A stretch of DNA of 62,390 nucleotides, the filler included, from Sphacelaria rigidula (taxonomy: Eukaryota), in NCBI GenBank assembly GCA_964200075.2. It is 4 parts of 4 records of this genome, joined end to end, with 100 filler letters (N's around TTAATTAATTAA, not from the genome) between each part and the next. Parts side by side here need not be neighbours in the genome. Positions count along the whole stretch, not along the records: positions 46,872 to 62,390 come from CAXNAA020001715.1; 3 more parts are not named here. One strand, 5' to 3'. Each line of letters begins with the position of its first letter. The first letter of the stretch is position 1. This document shows, piece after piece, positions 62,317 to 62,390 of this stretch. The notes below the pieces were generated by a model that was not told the DNA's origin, searched no databases, and saw only the letters and a program-made list of their open reading frames with translations. The position numbers and the translations under genes are program-made.

Positions 62317-62390
62317 GGTCGCCCCGGTGGCTCAGTTGGTAGCCTCGTAACCTTCTGATGGTTGAGTAGGGGGGTTCGATTCCCGGAGCG
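62317..62390 (+). mobile_element. tRNA-derived SINE head, cut by the window end
   Basis: ggtcgccccggtggctcagttggtagcc...gggttcgattcccggagcg has perfect A and B boxes but no tRNA acceptor stem. Homologue at 31366-31439. Confidence 0.8.

Noticed and set aside
62317..62390. Functional tRNA gene (also 31366-31439)
   Set aside because: A and B boxes are present but there is no acceptor-stem pairing or canonical anticodon arm. It is repeated, and the other copy runs into a longer body, so it is a SINE head.

Overview
Eukaryotic nuclear DNA (roughly 50% GC by eye, GT-AG introns of 0.2-4 kb, repeat-rich). A brown alga or other stramenopile is inferred from gene content and repeat style. The window is not a real locus: it is four contigs of 15528, 15523, 15520 and 15519 bp, sorted by length and joined by an artificial N44-TTAATTAATTAA-N44 linker. 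Contig 1 holds a decayed RTE-type LINE interrupted by two MITEs and the 3' exons of a CLN3/battenin gene. Contig 2 holds a 6-exon PX-domain gene with an intron-containing tRNA-Tyr(GTA) inside one intron, converging on a histidine-phosphatase (PGM-like) gene with a long acidic, repetitive N-terminus. Contig 3 holds the 5' part of a 1,3-beta-glucan (callose) synthase, family GT48. Contig 4 holds part of an ankyrin-repeat DHHC palmitoyltransferase. The remainder is a dense set of non-autonomous elements. The most unusual are an unclassified MITE with 4-bp TSDs biased to CGAC, a LINE whose 3' end abuts oligo-C tracts, (CAAT)n-tailed retroposon ends with a covarying stem-loop, and a repeat headed by telomere-like motifs. 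I found no CRISPR array, viral module or clearly novel protein system. All calls are by eye and none was checked computationally.
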